NCBI RefSeq assembly: GCF_009914755.1
Contig: NC_060930.1
Source of the DNA: the human T2T-CHM13v2.0 reference genome, Homo sapiens
Strand: one strand, 5' to 3'
DNA: 64,000 bases
The position numbers and the translations under genes were made by a program. Position 1 is the stretch's first letter. The number at the start of each line of letters is the position of its first letter. The notes under the pieces are model-generated. The model was given only the letters and a program-made list of their open reading frames with translations. It was not told the DNA's origin and did no database searches. This document shows, piece after piece, positions 1 through 64,000 of this stretch.

Positions 1-931
1 GTGTACATAAATTATGAATGTCTATTTGATATTTCAAATACAGTAAAGGTACTATTTTTCATTATTTTCTTCTCTGTAGTTATAAACTATTTTTGAGATA
101 AAAAATATATTTAAAATTTGGCAATTGCTTTAGTAATCTATATCCCCCTGTATCATTTTTAGAATAAAAATGTGTTTAAGCTTCCTTCCCCTGCCCCCAA
201 ACCAAAACCAGTCTCCTCCCTCCCTTCTAACAAATATTTTTGATAGCATAATTGAATTCCAACAGTATTGTATAATATATAGTGGTAAGAAGGTCAACAA
301 AAGTCATTTAAACCTATTAAAATACCTTTCAGGAACAAACTGACCAAAGATCATTTTATTCCAATGCAACTTATTAGGAAATGCCTATCATGTGACATTC
401 TTTGTCCTGAGTCATGACTAATGAACAGATGACATCCCTTTTGCTGTGGGCTTTAGTACAATTCTCTTCTGCCTGTTGTTGAAAACCATACTCTTTCAAG
501 ATTCATGAAAGAACCATTCCAATTAATATAGTAAACATTCTTAAGACTCCCGGGGAAATTGCAGATAACATTTTGCCACACTAATGCTACTATAAAATCC
601 TCTGGTGCCAACACTTAGCCACAGGAGGATTCCTATCTTTCTCAAAGCAGGTAAACACCTTCTGGTGCTTGTAAGGAAATCTTCAACAGTGTGGCTGTGT
701 TTGAGGGATTATATACACTCTTAACTTTTCTCACGGAAATGCCTGGTTCCCCATACATCTTTCTGTGTCACGACTACGGCAGAGCCAAATGCATCATTTG
801 TCTTTATCTACCCTGATGTTCTAAAGCATGGGACCCTCTGTCTCCTAGGCTTTCTAATCCTCCCAGCCCGTGAACTGATCATCAGAGGAGATCAGGAGCT
901 ACAGAGAATGGAGTGAACAGAAATCCTTTAG

Positions 932-1294
<363 letters not shown>

Positions 1295-1318
1295 CGTTGT
1301 TTGAAAGAAGTAAAAAGA

Positions 1319-1574
1319 GGTTGGCCCAGTGGCTCACGTCTGTAATCCCAACACTGAGAGGCCAAGGCAGGAGGATTGCTTGAACTCAGGAGTTCGAGAC
1401 CAGCTTGCGGCAACATGGCAAGGCCCTATCTCTACAAAAAATAATCATGATAAAAATTAGCTAGTGTGGCTGGGAGGATCGCTTGAGGCCAGGAGGTTGA
1501 GGCTGCAGTGAACTGTGTTTGCACTACTACACTCCAGCCTGGGTGACAGAGCAAGACCCTGTCTTAAAAAAAAA
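1319..1574 (+). mobile_element. Alu (AluJ-like, internally deleted)
   Basis: ggttggcccagtggctcacg...gagcaagaccctgtct + A tail; TSD aagtaaaaag at 1308-1317 and 1573-1582. Confidence 0.9.
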
Positions 1575-2297
1575 GTAAAAAGTAATAGTTTATTAGGAAG
1601 GCTCCCTTTCCAGCAGAGGAGGGCTAGATGCCAGCTTTCCTAAGGCAACAAAGCAAATACTTATTCACTGCCAGGTTACTGAAGACAAAAAATTACTCAC
1701 CATCACCCTGACATTAAGGCGATACTTTTCTTTCTTAACAGGAGAAGTTTCTGGTCAGCAAATTCCGTTTCCTCACCCTAAGCTTGTACAACTTATGAGG
1801 AAGAGAGGCTTCTTGGGAGGTGTGGGGACTCTCTGGAATGGTCTACCTCAGGAATATCTCTTGAAAGCACATTTGCCTCTTGGAAGAAAAAACCTGGAAG
1901 TCTTTGACTTCTTTGTATTTACAGATGTTCTCTTACTTTCACTCTGCAACCTCACTCTACAGCACGCTGTTTCCTAAGAGTGCCCTTGAGGTGACCCAAG
2001 TCCTTAGCTTTCTTTCATATAAGACAGTCCACCATGAACTCAACTGATAAATTAAAGGCTATACTTTGAAGAGACTTTTTTTTAAAAATAATTTCTATTT
2101 AAAACAGGTTCTTTTTTTTCCAGATTGTTTTGAATGAATCAGAACATAAAAATCCTCCAGAAATATTTGCAAATTATCCAACTTAGTGGGGTGTGAGGAT
2201 TAAAAGCAAAGTTATCTTGAAAAAGATATAGAATATGTTAATCAACTACCTAATAATGTGATAATAATATATGTATAAGATCTTTAAAATTTTATCA

Positions 2298-2599
<302 letters not shown>

Positions 2600-3371
2600 T
2601 TATCAGTTTAGCAAGTCTATTAATGCTAAAAACAATACCATAAAGTTTTGATTAATCAGAGAACCTGTTTCATCTTTTTTTTTTTAATGTTGGAAGCCCT
2701 CCCTAAATGTAAAGGTTATTTCAACAAAGAAAACCATCCTCTTTGTATGACCCCGCATGGCATCAGTGATCTTAGAATTACAGGATCTTAGAGCTGTAGA
2801 GATCTAAGGAGTGAATCTCATGTAACCCCTTCAGTTCTACAGACAGGCCCTGAAAATGACAGATGCCAGGAGGTGGCTCAGGGTCCTGAAGCTGAATGAT
2901 CACAGAGCCAGGCGTGGACAGGTAGCCTGCGTCCACCCACTGCCCTTCCTACCACACCAGGTTGTCGCTCCGTTAGCTCCTTCATTACAGAAGTAGGGGG
3001 ACATTTGGAAATAAATATACTGACTCCAGGACAAGAAAGATTCTTCTTGTGATTGTCTATTTCTCCTACAAGCAGGACACAGTAAATTCCGGTTAGAAAA
3101 AATGTCTGATAAATTCAGATGGTAAGGTATGCCTACTTTTGCTTTAATGATCCTCTGAAATAGCTGGTCAAGAGCCTACCCTTTCTAGAGGGAAAAGAAC
3201 TCTCCAGATGTTCTGAATGTTTCTGTCATTTGCAAGTCATCGCACAAAGGCTAAATTCACCAGGTGATTCCATACCATCTGGTGTGGGACAGATGTGCCA
3301 CAGAACTACGAGTACCTTCCATGATTTAAACAAATAAACAAAAAAAAAATTCAAATGTAAAATGCTCTCTT

Positions 3372-3377
3372 TTTAAT
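3372..3377 (-). terminator. FYN: Candidate distal polyadenylation signal ATTAAA
   Basis: Plus-strand tttaat; U/GU-rich tract (UUUUUUUUGUUUAUUUGUUU) follows on the minus strand. Confidence 0.65.
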
Positions 3378-3806
3378 TACTAAATTAAGAAAGTTAAACA
3401 ATTTAAAAATGTAAACTCACAAATAAATCATAACAAAAAAGGAATTAAGACTTCAGAGTTGCTAGTCAGTATTAAAAACTCAATAGAAATAGGATTTTTG
3501 ATTTGTTGTTGTTAAACATATGTAATTTAAGGTTGGTACAAACAGCAACTAAAAATGTAATACTTTTTTGTTTTTGTGCATCCCCATGAAATGTAAAGTA
3601 GTGCATAGTTATTCCACTGGAGAACTCCTGGACATATAGAAAGTCATTCGTTAGCAGTACAGGACATTTAAAACACTTATTTTACAATGGGAAATGTACA
3701 ACCCCCACCCTCATTTCCCCCAGAAATTTTAGTTGCATGAGAAAGTTTAGCGGGTTGCCATGACTACAATGCTATGGGTTTTAGATCACTTAAATGTGGT
3801 TACAGG

Positions 3807-3812
3807 TTTATT
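3807..3812 (-). terminator. FYN: Candidate middle polyadenylation signal AATAAA
   Basis: Plus-strand tttatt inside the 3'UTR. Confidence 0.5.
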
Positions 3813-4328
3813 AAATTAAAAATGTCTGAAACATTTCAGCATTCATATTTTTATACAAGAAGTTTGTGTGGTATCCATCTTCCAGTTCTCTTGGTAGTAT
3901 CAGCCATTTGCTTGCTTATTTTTAAGTTTTGAGAACAAATCGCAGTAAGTTGAAGCAAATAGTGCTAACAGAACTTGTAAATTCAGCTTGGGGGGTGGTT
4001 CCTGAAAAGAGTCAAAGTAACAACCACCTACAGGTACAGTCATGAACCAGGAAAGTGCAATCCAAATGAAAAAATTCATGCTTTGCAAAAGCCAAAAATG
4101 AGGCCACTGGTGTTTTCAGAATAACACCGGTGCTTTGATGCTGACTTGCAGTAAAATCCTCCCTCTGGGTCCCGCAGCTTGGTGGCTCAGGCCGGCCACA
4201 GTCTCCACATTAGCACCCACATTGTATATGTACAGGGACATATATATTATATATATTCATATTTATAAAAAAGAAAACAAAAACAAACACCTGTCCTGAT
4301 TGGTTTTTGTTAAAACATGAAAAAAAAT

Positions 4329-4334
4329 TTTATT
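4329..4334 (-). terminator. FYN: Candidate proximal polyadenylation signal AATAAA
   Basis: Plus-strand tttatt; GU/U-rich downstream element GUGUUUGUUUUUGUUUUCUUUUUU at about 4267-4290. Confidence 0.7.
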
Positions 4335-4756
4335 GTTTTAGACAAAGAGGCCACTTTTGGAAAATAATACTTTTTTTTTTTTAGTTGAATCAGGTGAAGA
4401 CAGAGTTAAAATCACATAGGATTTGCATTTTTAAAAAAGGAAAGCACTAGGATTGTTGGCACTGGAGTAACTATTTACACTGAACAGAGGTTTGGCCTTT
4501 TACATAACATCGATACAATGCATTTTCCAAAGTCTGAGAAATAACAAGGTTCTGTCTCGAATGCTTCACAGAGGAGGTTCGGATTTGGGGACAAGTGTCA
4601 TTAATGAGGGCCATGGAAGTTCGTCAGCTTCAGAGTCACATGCAATCTGATCCTGGGCGGTTCCGCTGCTGGGGAGCAGCTGGCTACGGAATTGAAAGCT
4701 AATGGGGAGGGGTGGGGCAGCCTCTGGGACAAGGCCTCTCTCCGCAGACCCGGGCC

Positions 4757-63069
<58,313 letters not shown>

Positions 63070-64000
63070 TATCTAAATTCCTGCCAAAGACAAAAAAGGG
63101 GGCACGTAAGCTGGGATGCTCCCTAGTTGCTGGGTTGCTCTACAGTAAACGAGGAGTAATTGACAAGGCTCACTGTTGGCTATTTCAGGCCTATTAGGGG
63201 GCATGAGGAAAGGCAGTGGCTGGGGAGATGGTTAGGAGGAAGTTCAGTTCCTTGACCCCACAATCGCATTTGTTCCCCATATGTTCTGGATGACAGCATC
63301 ATCACGGAGCACAATGTTCACCATGCAGCAACTTTCCTCGAATAAGGCCTGTATCTCGTAAAATTCTGTAACAGCATACACCTGCCTACAGACGGTCCAA
63401 TCATATTTACCAATTCTGCCTTTAGCCATCTAAAAAAAATAATACATGCTCTGTAGAATGAGTCTATGCAACATTAGAATAAAAACTTCCATCAGGGCAC
63501 AGGAAATTTAAGGAAGAGGGCACAGGAGTGTTGGATAAGCCAGAATACAACCTTCAATCAAGTCACTAGACTGCTTCACTCATGGGTACCACATCTTCAG
63601 GCACAAAACTGGTCAATTTTAAGCACTAAGATGATGCTAAGTATCAAAACTAAGAACTAGTTACTGGATGAAAAATAAAATCGGCAGAACCTAAGAGGTC
63701 AGAGTATATTTGCAGGATGTCATGATAGTCTACAGTAATGAAATCACTTAAAGCTGCTAATTAACTTTTCAAATTTCCATTAGCTTTTGACATCCTTCAA
63801 AAACATTAAAAAAAAATCATTCCCATGTTACAGAGTTAGTGGCGGATTAAAAACTCGAGTTGTTGCCACCCCACCCTCCTCAAACCCTCTTCTCCCAGGC
63901 TCCTCATCTAAGTAAATGGGACCACCAGTGTCCCAGTTGCTCCAGTCAGCATCCTGAGAAGCATCCTCATTTCCTCCTCCTTGTTTACTTCCCACTCTTC

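Larger units (their letters stand above)
3350..4756 (-). other. FYN: FYN 3'UTR (longest form; 3' end approximate)
   Basis: Repeat-free AU-rich sequence directly after the TAA stop; end inferred about 20 nt past ATTAAA at 3372-3377. Confidence 0.8.

Noticed and set aside
63190-63203. CTCF-like motif cctattagggggca
   Set aside because: Two mismatches in the core; cannot be supported without ChIP data

Overview
Human (Alu-rich primate) genomic DNA containing the entire protein-coding part of FYN, the Src-family tyrosine kinase, on the minus strand. Twelve coding exons can be placed with canonical GT-AG boundaries between the ATG at 63069 and the TAA at 4757-4759. They include the mutually exclusive pair 7A (FynB, 165 nt) and 7B (FynT, 156 nt). 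Splicing through 7A sums to 1614 nt (537 aa + stop); through 7B it gives 534 aa. The 3'UTR runs down to about 3350 with three candidate poly(A) signals. The promoter and main 5' non-coding exons are not evident here and probably lie beyond the right edge. The rest is intron with about 20 Alus plus L1, L2, MIR, MER and MLT1 relics and microsatellites. I found no new multi-gene system. The leads most worth following are: (1) a stop-free, phase-matched 180-nt candidate cassette exon at the SH3 n-Src-loop junction, bracketed by a 74-bp direct duplication; (2) a 3'UTR-only processed retrocopy with AATAAA and poly(A), nested in an MLT1 LTR and antisense to FYN; (3) a P-loop cysteine encoded only by exon 7B; (4) candidate RBFOX/QKI/UG-rich control elements around 7A/7B; (5) a weak donor followed by an intronic ATTAAA that could yield a kinase-truncated FYN; (6) a UAAUG stop-start overlap at the FYN initiator. 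Repeat subfamily calls are by eye and their boundaries are approximate.
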